The translations under genes were made by a program, and so were the position numbers. From assembly GCA_963668425.1 (NCBI GenBank), contig OY764332.1, positions 259,903-323,902 of the forward strand: DNA of 64,000 nucleotides, written 5' to 3'. Shown here piece by piece: positions 18,401-25,718 of the stretch. The notes beneath the pieces are model-generated. The model was not told the origin of the DNA. It saw nothing but the letters and a program-made list of their open reading frames with translations, and searched no databases. This DNA comes from Minisyncoccota bacterium. Its GTDB lineage: Bacteria; Patescibacteriota; Minisyncoccia; Phycocordibacterales; JABAAK01. Every line of letters starts with the position of its first letter. Position 1 is the stretch's first letter.

Positions 18401-19436
18401 AGTTCAACAACGCACCAACTAGCGGAATATAGCACGATGCCTTGTAGCCATCTGGGAATTCACTACACAAAAAAATAACTTTTTCCATGTATGGACGATC
18501 GGTAATACCAAAGCTATCAAAAACAATATTGGTTCGCTGTGCATTCTGCAACATTAAGCCGATACCAGAGAGACAATCAGCAGTATGATTTCCCGCCTGT
18601 AAACATATCGCGACCAATCCATCAAATGAAGTGGTATGCTCATGCATCAGATACCCATAGTGCTCCATATAGCATGTCGGTCTGAAATCTGCATCAAGCG
18701 CGTTGCATGGATAGAGAGGGTCGTCCTTGCGAAAGTTATTGCTCTTCTCTTCCCATGCTCTCGTTGGCCACGCATTTTCCATGAACACACCACTCAGGCA
18801 CACCGTGTGCCACCGATCAGGAACAGCGGTACAGGCATCTATACTGGCATCAAGATTATAATTTTCATTCATGAGGAACACATGTCCAGCGCCGTGATAA
18901 CAGTACGACTTCTCTTTATCTGAAGTCGTTTCTGACGGCATGTCTTCACATATACTGATTGCGACAGTCACTGGGTCATCAACCTTCACTAACGTATCTT
19001 CAAAAAACCCGTGATAACAGCCATCATTAAAATCATGTGGGCATCGTAGAAAGTTCTCCCCCGAAGAGCCAAATACTCGTGAAGTCGTCCGCCCAATAAC
19101 ATGCGACAGTAAGTGCCCGTCGGTAGTAATGGCAAATGCCGGGCTCGCCATAATATCATGTAGCACTTCCATTGCTCGTGCAGGGCCGGCAACCTCAACC
19201 GCCACATCCGACAACTCCTCCGCGCACAAATATCCAGGTTCATAGGTACACAAATCCGCATAGCATGTGTCGTTCCAAGTATCCTGCAAACACACTTCAA
19301 TTCCTTCGAGCATCGCTTCTCGTGCATCACCACTGACCTCCTCTGTCGCCGAAACATTCTGCATAGTAAGTATCACAAGAAGTAAAAAAATGGGCAGAAT
19401 AAAACCAAAAAACAAGAATATTTTGCGAACAAGCAT
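15438..19436 (-). CDS. Giant secreted Cys/His-rich protein with three tandem M modules and no cupredoxin-like domain, 1332 aa
   Basis: Signal/TM N-terminus. Three about 400-aa repeats, each with CYA(D/S)LC(T/E)YEPGYLCAE, GH-x-L-x-H-x-x-GR, GE(A/N)FL(K/R)CP-x-(D/S)FD-x-GC-x-HGF(F/L)E, CYHG(A/S)GH, GVFMEN and PCN motifs. Confidence 0.65.
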   Translation of the reverse strand: MLVRKIFLFFGFILPIFLLLVILTMQNVSATEEVSGDAREAMLEGIEVCLQDTWNDTCYADLCTYEPGYLCAEELSDVAVEVAGPARAMEVLHDIMASPAFAITTDGHLLSHVIGRTTSRVFGSSGENFLRCPHDFNDGCYHGFFEDTLVKVDDPVTVAISICEDMPSETTSDKEKSYCYHGAGHVFLMNENYNLDASIDACTAVPDRWHTVCLSGVFMENAWPTRAWEEKSNNFRKDDPLYPCNALDADFRPTCYMEHYGYLMHEHTTSFDGLVAICLQAGNHTADCLSGIGLMLQNAQRTNIVFDSFGITDRPYMEKVIFLCSEFPDGYKASCYIPLVGALLNFDYPSMHRVSTFCGSIEMRHRAACFKQAGSYLNHLGSEEVKQSACAEIPTIYQQDCLDPYTRHAEVVISDFEESATTAVNKAMADDVDQNDYLLIKVKDFFVTLFRNLSALFAGPVSAQSVKDSVDAPDTSFFAIERCINQQDGRAECYASLCEYEPGYLCAEKIVETAVEHNGPELGMQILREIIPSTPFSFSSADEGHGLAHVVGRKTAKRFNGSGEAFLRCPTSFDSGCHHGFLEVALVEAQSPAEAVKQICETLPDQPSLDKVNCYHGAGHGILMNTSYDLYEALDICKALPQPFTCFSGVTMENVDAFVSGRIQEIYTENNSFDENNPHAPCDTLVEDGEGYGYRDVCYETHLPYLAWYFDYDIQGVVDTCLDAGEEAESCAHGVGGYGMYKEIQEKLMPHIEGNFIDKTIYLCNHFPEKYRETCYLWAINQTFIFYGAKKTSEFCVKIDKKYERNCYREMGRRLQDMVVHEEEKTEKCVDVPDEYRNECLFGYRLDNNVSADIQHGEDVYGELPVTKIEKERNLVSLFKKITQSILDAVKSAVSAVTLPASAQDWQQHLQEEKFNKNLFDSAQECAALDVGRAGCYASLCEYEPGYLCAEEIVTQLVFGSGPKESIRALHDMTWEGEFLFEPSSAHQITHTIGRSTGEKFGLTGEAFLKCPIDFDYGCHHGFFEAGLAVVPSPAEFIENTCSNMPDTPPYAKTACYHGSGHALVMNYSYGLYKPLEQCDLLEREHRKWDCYSGVFMENVSGAQGRKTNDEIDNGFRTEDPFAPCNNLNERYKTLCYQSQVSYWLYALQWDLKKMIDMCNKVEDGYVQDCVYNLGAQSIYASTQDVLLDDSISGNLIDKTIFICNQFSEEYHMRCYEPAIDQNFTYYGIENTKEFCGKLNERYRSRCWKVIGRNVGGKVKDETDLYKFCNQVPEIYYNDCLHPYHNGEESVTFVAEWTASTDEVNRINEEEYEDHLNLFSRVVRYLINMFKK

Positions 19437-19494
19437 ATCAGTAGTATAAAATACAAAAAATGCGTTTAATATCCGCCTTTCCTGTATATACTAG

Positions 19495-19553
19495 TGGCAC
19501 CTGTTTTCATTGACCTGAACTATAAGCTGGATTCTGTACTCGCTTTACGTGGG
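19495..19553 (-). repeat. Partial duplicate of the RNase P RNA 3' end plus terminator flank (about 60 nt); left direct repeat of a 3.0-kb islet
   Basis: tggcacctgttttcattgacctgaactataagctggattctgtactcgctttacgtggg is about 92% identical to 22495..22554, exactly 3000 bp away. Confidence 0.65.
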
Positions 19554-19766
19554 CAGAGACGTACCTCAACAAACAGTACGACTGATCTTTAACTCTTACA
19601 TAAAACGATCAACAGCATGTTGGTCGTTTTATTTTGCTACATAGCGCCTTGCAAATAAAGCGTAAAATACCCCGTAGAACAAGAGTTACTGATTGCAGCG
19701 TGAATAACTTATTGACAAAAGTAAAGATCTTGGGATACACTATTCTTATGAAAGAGGTTCCGGGCC

Positions 19767-20483
19767 CTAGAGGACATCCGGGCCTCTTTCGCTTTGCAAT
19801 GATACCGCTGGTATAGAAACACATAAGCGACTCATATCACAGACACTTTTAGCGCGTTGAATAATATCAAGCATCTGTATTGGCAAGCAGTATCTTGAAT
19901 CTACTTGCACAACATGCGTGGGGAGAATTTTTGGTAAATTAATTTGATGCCTGTGTGAAAATATATCTTCTTTAGTGCGTGAAAGAGTTTTCTCAGTAAG
20001 ATATTTTCTCAAATTATCTGAATCTTTTTTGTTTTCAGCATAGCGGTCTATAATCAACTCTATCGGCTTTCCGAATGTAAATAATAATTCTTTTGCTGAT
20101 ATATACTCCAATGCTTTCTTTAAAACAAAGTTCCTGAACCAAAGAGGGTTTCTTTGGTACTTACCATCTCTGAGATATGGACCGATATATTTTGTTTTAT
20201 CTATCATCATTTCATAAAATTGCACATCGTTCAGATATGGTATTTTTTCTACAAGGTTTTTTAAATTTTTTCCACTGAGTTTTTTCAATTCTTTTTTATG
20301 ACCGTTAAAAAATTTAAACCCTGCAATGAGGTATTCTATATCTCCAACCCCTTGTTCAGTCGCTATGCCTATATTTATAGTAAAATGCTGACTTGATGAC
20401 CGATGTGCAACTGGATCACCGGCATCACCGCTCTCATCTATAAACACAAAAAGTTTTTTGGCTTTACTGTAATCCATATTCAT
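19767..20483 (-). CDS. DUF3800-like protein (N-terminal FIDESGD motif), 238 aa
   Basis: KLFVFIDESGDAGD near the N-terminus matches the DUF3800 (PF12686) signature as recalled from memory. No other recognizable domain. Confidence 0.55.
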   Translation of the reverse strand: MNMDYSKAKKLFVFIDESGDAGDPVAHRSSSQHFTINIGIATEQGVGDIEYLIAGFKFFNGHKKELKKLSGKNLKNLVEKIPYLNDVQFYEMMIDKTKYIGPYLRDGKYQRNPLWFRNFVLKKALEYISAKELLFTFGKPIELIIDRYAENKKDSDNLRKYLTEKTLSRTKEDIFSHRHQINLPKILPTHVVQVDSRYCLPIQMLDIIQRAKSVCDMSRLCVSIPAVSLQSERGPDVL

Positions 20484-20676
20484 TCATTATACTTTGCTCG
20501 TTTTTTTGTGACACGCACTAGTATACCTCCTGAAACTTAATACTTTTTGTTTGAACAGTAGGAGTGCGTTATTCCGAAAGATTGCCATATTATACCCGCT
20601 TTTTGTCAAAAAAGCGGGTACAAAATTTGTAATACATAAAAAAACGGGTATACCATGTGTACTGTAGAAGACAAAT

Positions 20677-20838
20677 GCGCAAGGAATTTGTAAAAAACTC
20701 CTTATTTTATAAGATATTTTACCAAAATTTATTCCTTGTATACTGTAATTGACAAGGAATGCTATTTCCTTGTATATTGCAACTGACAAGGAATACTACT
20801 TCCTTGTATAGTGCAATTGACAAGGAATTATTTTAGGC
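20677..20838. promoter_or_regulatory. Divergent promoter/operator cassette, copy 2 (three TTCCTTGTATA-N-TGACAAGGAA palindromes), between the DUF3800 gene and Fic-2
   Basis: Near-identical to 10804..10930 but with an expanded palindrome array at about 20732, 20766 and 20800. Confidence 0.55.
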
Positions 20839-20888
20839 AGAGATCTATTATACTTTACAAAAAGTAGATATGTTGTATTATCTTGGTT

Positions 20889-21010
20889 TATATTATTAGT
20901 TTTGCTTAAAAGTTGCAATATGAAAATTTATATTATTAGTTTTGCTTAAAAGTTGCAATATGGAAATTTATATTATTAGTTTTGCTTAAAAGTTGCAACA
21001 TGGAAATGTA
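20889..21010. repeat. Three tandem 40-bp repeats (tattattagttttgcttaaaagttgcaatatg(a/g)aaattta)
   Basis: Direct repeats with the block tattattagt at 20891, 20931 and 20971. Confidence 0.8.
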
Positions 21011-21050
21011 TATTGCAAGTATTTATCTAAAATTGTGATATAATAGTACT

Positions 21051-22220
21051 ATGATAAAAACAAGAGAAAAGGGATATGGTGATTTTACGGCAGGAATACA
21101 TAAAAAACACTTTTATAACAAAGAGTATGCATATGAGAGTTTTGTTCCACATTCTGTGAACAGAGAGTATGCTTTTCAAGATTCCAGAATACTTACCCTC
21201 CTTGAAGAGGCGACTAGACATCTTGCGGAATTAAACGCATATTCTGATTTGGTTCCTGATGTTGATTTCTTTATTCAAATGCATGTACGAAATGAGGCGG
21301 TGAAATCAAGTAAAATTGAAGGCACACATACAGACATTAGTGAAGCTGTTCTCTCAGAAAAAGAGATTGAGCCAGAGAAAAGAAATGATTGGCAGGAGGT
21401 TCAAAATTATATAACCGCAATGAATTATGGAATAAAAAAGTTGGAGAAACTGCCTTTGTGTATGCGTCTGTTGTGTGAGACGCATGCAAAGCTGATGCAC
21501 GGTGTTAGAGGGGAGAACAAACAGCCGGGAGAGGTGCGATTAAAGCAGAACTGGATTGGTGGTGTCAGTATTAAAACAGCGTCTTTTATACCACCCCATC
21601 AGGACGATGTCCCCGAACTGTTGAAAGATTTAGAGAAGTTTTGGAATGATAAAAATAATCTTATCATGCCGGATCTGATAAAAGTTGCTATTTCTCATTA
21701 CCAATTTGAAACAATTCATCCGTTTAATGATGGTAACGGCAGGATAGGTCGTATATTAATAGTACTCCATCTTATGCAGATGGGTATATTAAGCAAGCCA
21801 ACGCTTTACCTATCTGATTTCTTTGACAAGCACAAGAGTGCCTACTATGATGCGCTGATGTTTGTAGGAGAGAGAGATGACCTTGATCAATGGATACTCT
21901 TTTTTCTGTCGGGCGTTGTTGAAACTGCAAAAAAAGGAAGAAGTATTTTTCAAGACATTATTGAGTTACGGAGTCAATATGAACAAAAATTGCTTAACCT
22001 TGGCGGTCGCGCGAAAACAGCGAATAAATTACTTCAGTTTTCCTTCTCTCATCCTGCATTTGATACTGTGACAGTATCAGATTACCTTAATATATCACGC
22101 AGTTCAGCAAACATACTTGTGAAACAGATGTCAAGCATGGGCATATTAAAAGAATCAACTGGTTTTTCAAGGAACAGAATCTTTACATTACATCAATATC
22201 TTGACCTGTTTAACACGTAA
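21051..22220 (+). CDS. Fic family protein (HPFNDGNGRIGR) with a C-terminal winged helix. The ATG is only 5 nt after the TGTGATATAAT -10 element, so the mRNA may be leaderless
   Basis: Canonical Fic motif. IEGTHT in the N-terminal domain. Promoter element at 21035..21045. Confidence 0.8.
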   Translation: MIKTREKGYGDFTAGIHKKHFYNKEYAYESFVPHSVNREYAFQDSRILTLLEEATRHLAELNAYSDLVPDVDFFIQMHVRNEAVKSSKIEGTHTDISEAVLSEKEIEPEKRNDWQEVQNYITAMNYGIKKLEKLPLCMRLLCETHAKLMHGVRGENKQPGEVRLKQNWIGGVSIKTASFIPPHQDDVPELLKDLEKFWNDKNNLIMPDLIKVAISHYQFETIHPFNDGNGRIGRILIVLHLMQMGILSKPTLYLSDFFDKHKSAYYDALMFVGERDDLDQWILFFLSGVVETAKKGRSIFQDIIELRSQYEQKLLNLGGRAKTANKLLQFSFSHPAFDTVTVSDYLNISRSSANILVKQMSSMGILKESTGFSRNRIFTLHQYLDLFNT

Positions 22221-22277
22221 TATATCTCTGTATATACACCGGCAATGCATGAGGATAATGTATTGTATTGAAAAGAT

Positions 22278-22450
22278 GTGAGGGTGTTTTTGGACATAAT
22301 TGGATACAATTGGACATATATACCTATATCCATATGTAGGCAAGAAGGTGGATTTATTAAACGAACCTTACTTGTGCTTCTGAGATTGTGTAAAATTTTT
22401 GCACTGATGCTTTCAAAGGGCTTGTATGCTGGCGCTTTTGTTTGTTGTGG
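22278..22450 (+). pseudogene. Degraded copy of a Fic-1-type 5' end (95-bp direct-repeat/palindrome element plus diverged N-terminal coding sequence)
   Basis: tttttggacataattggata(c/t)aattggacatatatacctatatccatatgta...gatttattaaacgaa matches 11040..11130. The downstream sequence still aligns loosely to the Fic-1 codons, then stops. Confidence 0.45.
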
Positions 22451-22476
22451 CAAGGTTTAGATTGTGTCCTTATGTG

Positions 22477-22505
22477 AAAACAAGGTGCCGATTTGGCACC
22501 TTGTT
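22477..22505 (-). terminator. Terminator hairpin (caaggtgcc...ggcaccttg plus U-run) at the 3' end of RNase P RNA
   Basis: Perfect 9-bp stem followed by TTTTC on the minus strand. Confidence 0.6.
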
Positions 22506-22855
22506 TTCATTGACCTGAACTATAAGCCGGATTCTGTACCCACTTTACGTGGGTGGTAATCATTTATCTTGACACGCCGTTGCCGGCGTGTTCTTTGCGG
22601 CACTCCGTTGCATTGCTGCCTCGGCACGACCTTGCACTCAGGTAGGAATTTAGCCGTTTCACCACCGCGTTGCCACGGTATTCACCTCAGAGAGGTGCCC
22701 TCACTTCTCAGATTGGGCGTCACTGCTCGCATCCCTCGGTTTTCACCAGACGGGCGTTACCCGCTACCCTGCTCCACCAAAGAGTGGGAGTGTCCGGACT
22801 TTCCTCTCGTTGCTTGTTACAACGAGCGATTACCTGTTCGGGTAGTTATAGTATA
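22506..22855 (-). ncRNA. rnpB: RNase P RNA (bacterial type A), about 350 nt
   Basis: The minus strand carries the universally conserved P4 strands: AGGAAAGUCCGGAC near the 5' end and ACAGAAUCCGGCUUAUAGUUCAGGUCA at the 3' end. P1 pairing ACUAUAA/UUAUAGU. ORFs 22569..23440(+) on the opposite strand are spurious. Confidence 0.85.
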
Positions 22856-22914
22856 TCTTTTTACCTCACTATGTAAAGTTTTACTTGTTTGTGTTTTTTT
22901 TGGCGTGGTTATCC

Positions 22915-23403
22915 TTACTTTTCTTGCAGTAGGAGTGTGTCGTTGATAGCTATTCTGCCGTTTGTATACCCTGCCGGCACCTCTAGTACATACCGTGCGG
23001 GAGTGGGCGAGCGAAACGGCTTTGGATATGTTTCTGGTGTTACTGTTTGTTCAATGTGTACTACTCTCATTGCCACGTCTATCCAAACGATATCTATCGG
23101 AAACTGCATATCTTTCATCCACATTGAATGTTTGCCGTCGGTGTTAAATATAAATAACATTCCTTTCCCCTGCTTAAGTGATTTTCTGTGTGAGAGTCCG
23201 ATTTTTTGCTGTTGTGGTGTTTCTGCTATCTCAACTTGTAGTACTGTGTTACCTACTGTCAGTGTCCTTTCTTGTAGCCCGCTGTTTTGCAGTGGGTTTG
23301 GTTGTATGGTGTGTTCTTTTTGCTGTTGTAGCGCAATGCCGATTCCTACGAGCAGTATAATGCTACCAGTAATGAACAGCATGTTACTCTTTTTCTTTAT
23401 CAT
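22915..23403 (-). CDS. DUF192 (COG1430) family protein, signal-anchored
   Basis: Motifs GMLFIF, MWMKDMQFPIDIVWID and YVLEVPAG are typical of DUF192. Confidence 0.6.
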   Translation of the reverse strand: MIKKKSNMLFITGSIILLVGIGIALQQQKEHTIQPNPLQNSGLQERTLTVGNTVLQVEIAETPQQQKIGLSHRKSLKQGKGMLFIFNTDGKHSMWMKDMQFPIDIVWIDVAMRVVHIEQTVTPETYPKPFRSPTPARYVLEVPAGYTNGRIAINDTLLLQEK

Positions 23404-23813
23404 TTTTCCCGCTTCTGTAGTGATAGTGCGCAGGAGTTAATGCAGTAACGCTCTCCGGTGGGGGTGCTTGGTGCGTCATTGAACACGTGCCCGAGGTGTG
23501 CGTCGCATTTTCTACAGGACACTTCGGTACGTACCATGTCGTTTGAGTCGTCTGGTGTAAGCTTTAATGTGTCCGTGCCAGTTGTTTCATAAAAGCTTGG
23601 CCACCCTGTGCCTGAGTCAAACTTTGTGCCTGAGTCAAATAGTGCCGCTCCGCACACTGCACAATGGTACATGCCGTCATCTTTTGTTTTGTAATATTCC
23701 CCAGTGAATGGTGGCTCGGTCCCTTTCTCTTGTGTTACTTTGTATGTTTCCTCTGATAGTTGCTCCTGCAAGTTTTCTTTATTCTTATGAGCATCATTGC
23801 TAACCATCATCAT
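23400..23813 (-). CDS. msrB: Peptide methionine-(R)-S-oxide reductase MsrB
   Basis: Motifs GTEPPFTGEY, CAVCG, GWPSF and RTEVSCRKCDAHLGHVF (SelR domain with CxxC zinc site). Confidence 0.85.
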   Translation of the reverse strand: MMMVSNDAHKNKENLQEQLSEETYKVTQEKGTEPPFTGEYYKTKDDGMYHCAVCGAALFDSGTKFDSGTGWPSFYETTGTDTLKLTPDDSNDMVRTEVSCRKCDAHLGHVFNDAPSTPTGERYCINSCALSLQKREK

Positions 23814-24035
23814 ATATTTTTATTATATCACTAGAACCTCCCCTCTACGTTCTTATGTTTTTGCATAATTCTGGTTGGTGAGTATACCGTAATGTGGTGT
23901 CAAGGGATAGTCGCCAAATATTTAAACGGACTGACTTGAATTATAAAGGTAGCAGTGGAAAACAGCAAACAGAGTATGACGACTATATTACATATCTCCG
24001 TGATACTATTGACTAATACTCTGCCTCGTAACCAG

Positions 24036-25613
24036 CTACTTGAGCACCCTTTTGAGCCGTCCCATCATTCCTTTTGCCCTCTCTTGTGCTGTTTTTACAT
24101 AGTGTTCAATATCTTCTATTTTTTGTATTGCGCCATTTGCAACTTCGTAGCATGATCCAATTTCTAATCCTTCAAGAAACCAACGGTTGTGTGAAACCAA
24201 CAATACGATGCCGGTGTATTTTTTTAACATTTCTTTGAGAGCGGTTACTGCTTCCATGTCCAGATGATTGGTCGGTTCATCTAGTATCAAGACATTTACT
24301 CCGAGCGCGATGAATACCGCGAATAGCAGTCGTGCGCGCATACCGGAAGAGAGTCCTCCTACTTTTTGTTGCATCATCTGTTCATTGAATCCGGCTTTTT
24401 TCAGCATATATATTGTTTCTTCATCGTTTTTGTTGGTTTGTGTTGTGAAAAAATGTGTTGCTTTTTCATCTCTGCTCGCCCGTTCGTGTTGTTGTAGTAA
24501 ATCACCTACTATAACTCCTTCAGTTTTGGTAACAGCTCCGCTTACCGGCGGTATCGTGCCGGTTATTGTTTTTAAGATGGTGCTTTTTCCTTCACCATTC
24601 ATTCCCATCAGGCATATCCTGTCTCCCATCTTTAGAGTCAGCGATGTTGGAGATAGTGTGATCCCGTCTGTATACCCCGCAACTACTTCATCAAGTACTA
24701 TTTCAATATCTCCCTCTGACTGTCGCGCCTCTAAGGTAAGCGTGAATGGCTCTTCCTCAAATGGCTTCTCTACTGCTTTCATTCTTTCAACGCGTCGCTT
24801 CATCACTTTTGCCCGTCGTTGACTTGCCGATGCTTTGTCCATTCCTGCTCGCGCGATATATTTATCGCTGTCAGATAACTCAAGCGCATCTCCTCTTTCA
24901 ACCTGTTTTGCTGCCGTTTTGCTTGATTTTTCAATTCGTTCTATCTCCTCTGTGTATCGTGCATGCTCTTTCATCTGTCGATCAAATTCTTTCTTTTTTC
25001 GCTCTAAATAGTCGCCGTAGGTACCACGCTCCATGGTAAGTGAGCCGTTTTTTAATTCAAGTACTCGGTTGGTAATATTGTTCAAAAATACTAAATCATG
25101 GGAGATACTAATCATTGCTTTTTTTGATTCTGCGAGAAATGCTTCCAGCCATAGTAGTGCTGGGATGTCAAGGTTGTTTGTTGGCTCGTCTAATAAAAGA
25201 ATGTCAGATGGCTCTAGCAGGAAGCGTGTGAGTACTATCTTGGTCTGTTGTCCCCCGCTCATTTTTGAAAGTTGCTGCGCGGCAATTTGCTGTGATACCC
25301 CTAACCCTTCCAAGATAGGAAAGAATTGATGTGGTTTGAGGTCGGTGCCGTTCTGTATGTATGCCACCCCTGTTTGGCTGTCTTTTACCACCATCTCTTG
25401 TGGTAGATATGCTATTGATCGACCGCTTGTTATAGCTACCTCTCCGTTATCCGGCTCAATAAGCCCTGCAATAATCTTCATTATAGTGCTTTTCCCCGCT
25501 CCGTTTCTTCCTACTAACGCAACTTTATGTCCTTCATCAAGCGTGAATGAGATATCACTAAAAATTTGCTCTCCGCCGAAACGTTTTTCAATTTTTTGTA
25601 CTGACAGTAACAT
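24036..25613 (-). CDS. ABC-F family ATPase (two tandem ABC domains, no TMD)
   Basis: Two Walker A motifs (GRNGAGKST, GMNGEGKST) and two LSGG signatures, with an inter-domain linker. Confidence 0.8.
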   Translation of the reverse strand: MLLSVQKIEKRFGGEQIFSDISFTLDEGHKVALVGRNGAGKSTIMKIIAGLIEPDNGEVAITSGRSIAYLPQEMVVKDSQTGVAYIQNGTDLKPHQFFPILEGLGVSQQIAAQQLSKMSGGQQTKIVLTRFLLEPSDILLLDEPTNNLDIPALLWLEAFLAESKKAMISISHDLVFLNNITNRVLELKNGSLTMERGTYGDYLERKKKEFDRQMKEHARYTEEIERIEKSSKTAAKQVERGDALELSDSDKYIARAGMDKASASQRRAKVMKRRVERMKAVEKPFEEEPFTLTLEARQSEGDIEIVLDEVVAGYTDGITLSPTSLTLKMGDRICLMGMNGEGKSTILKTITGTIPPVSGAVTKTEGVIVGDLLQQHERASRDEKATHFFTTQTNKNDEETIYMLKKAGFNEQMMQQKVGGLSSGMRARLLFAVFIALGVNVLILDEPTNHLDMEAVTALKEMLKKYTGIVLLVSHNRWFLEGLEIGSCYEVANGAIQKIEDIEHYVKTAQERAKGMMGRLKRVLK

Positions 25614-25718
25614 AATACGTACTATACCATTTTGAAATGATTGTTCGTACCATTACTCTTTGAACAGGGCTTGCTTTTATTCGCCAATAATTGATTTCTC
25701 CTGTATTATAAGGAGTAT

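Noticed and set aside
20487-20789. 100-aa minus-strand ORF upstream of the DUF3800 gene
   Set aside because: It spans the operator palindrome cassette. No start context. More likely regulatory DNA.
22569-23440. Several plus-strand ORFs (125, 68 and 183 aa) across 22.5-23.4 kb
   Set aside because: The first two overlap RNase P RNA on the opposite strand. The third is antisense to the DUF192 and msrB genes. None has recognizable protein features.
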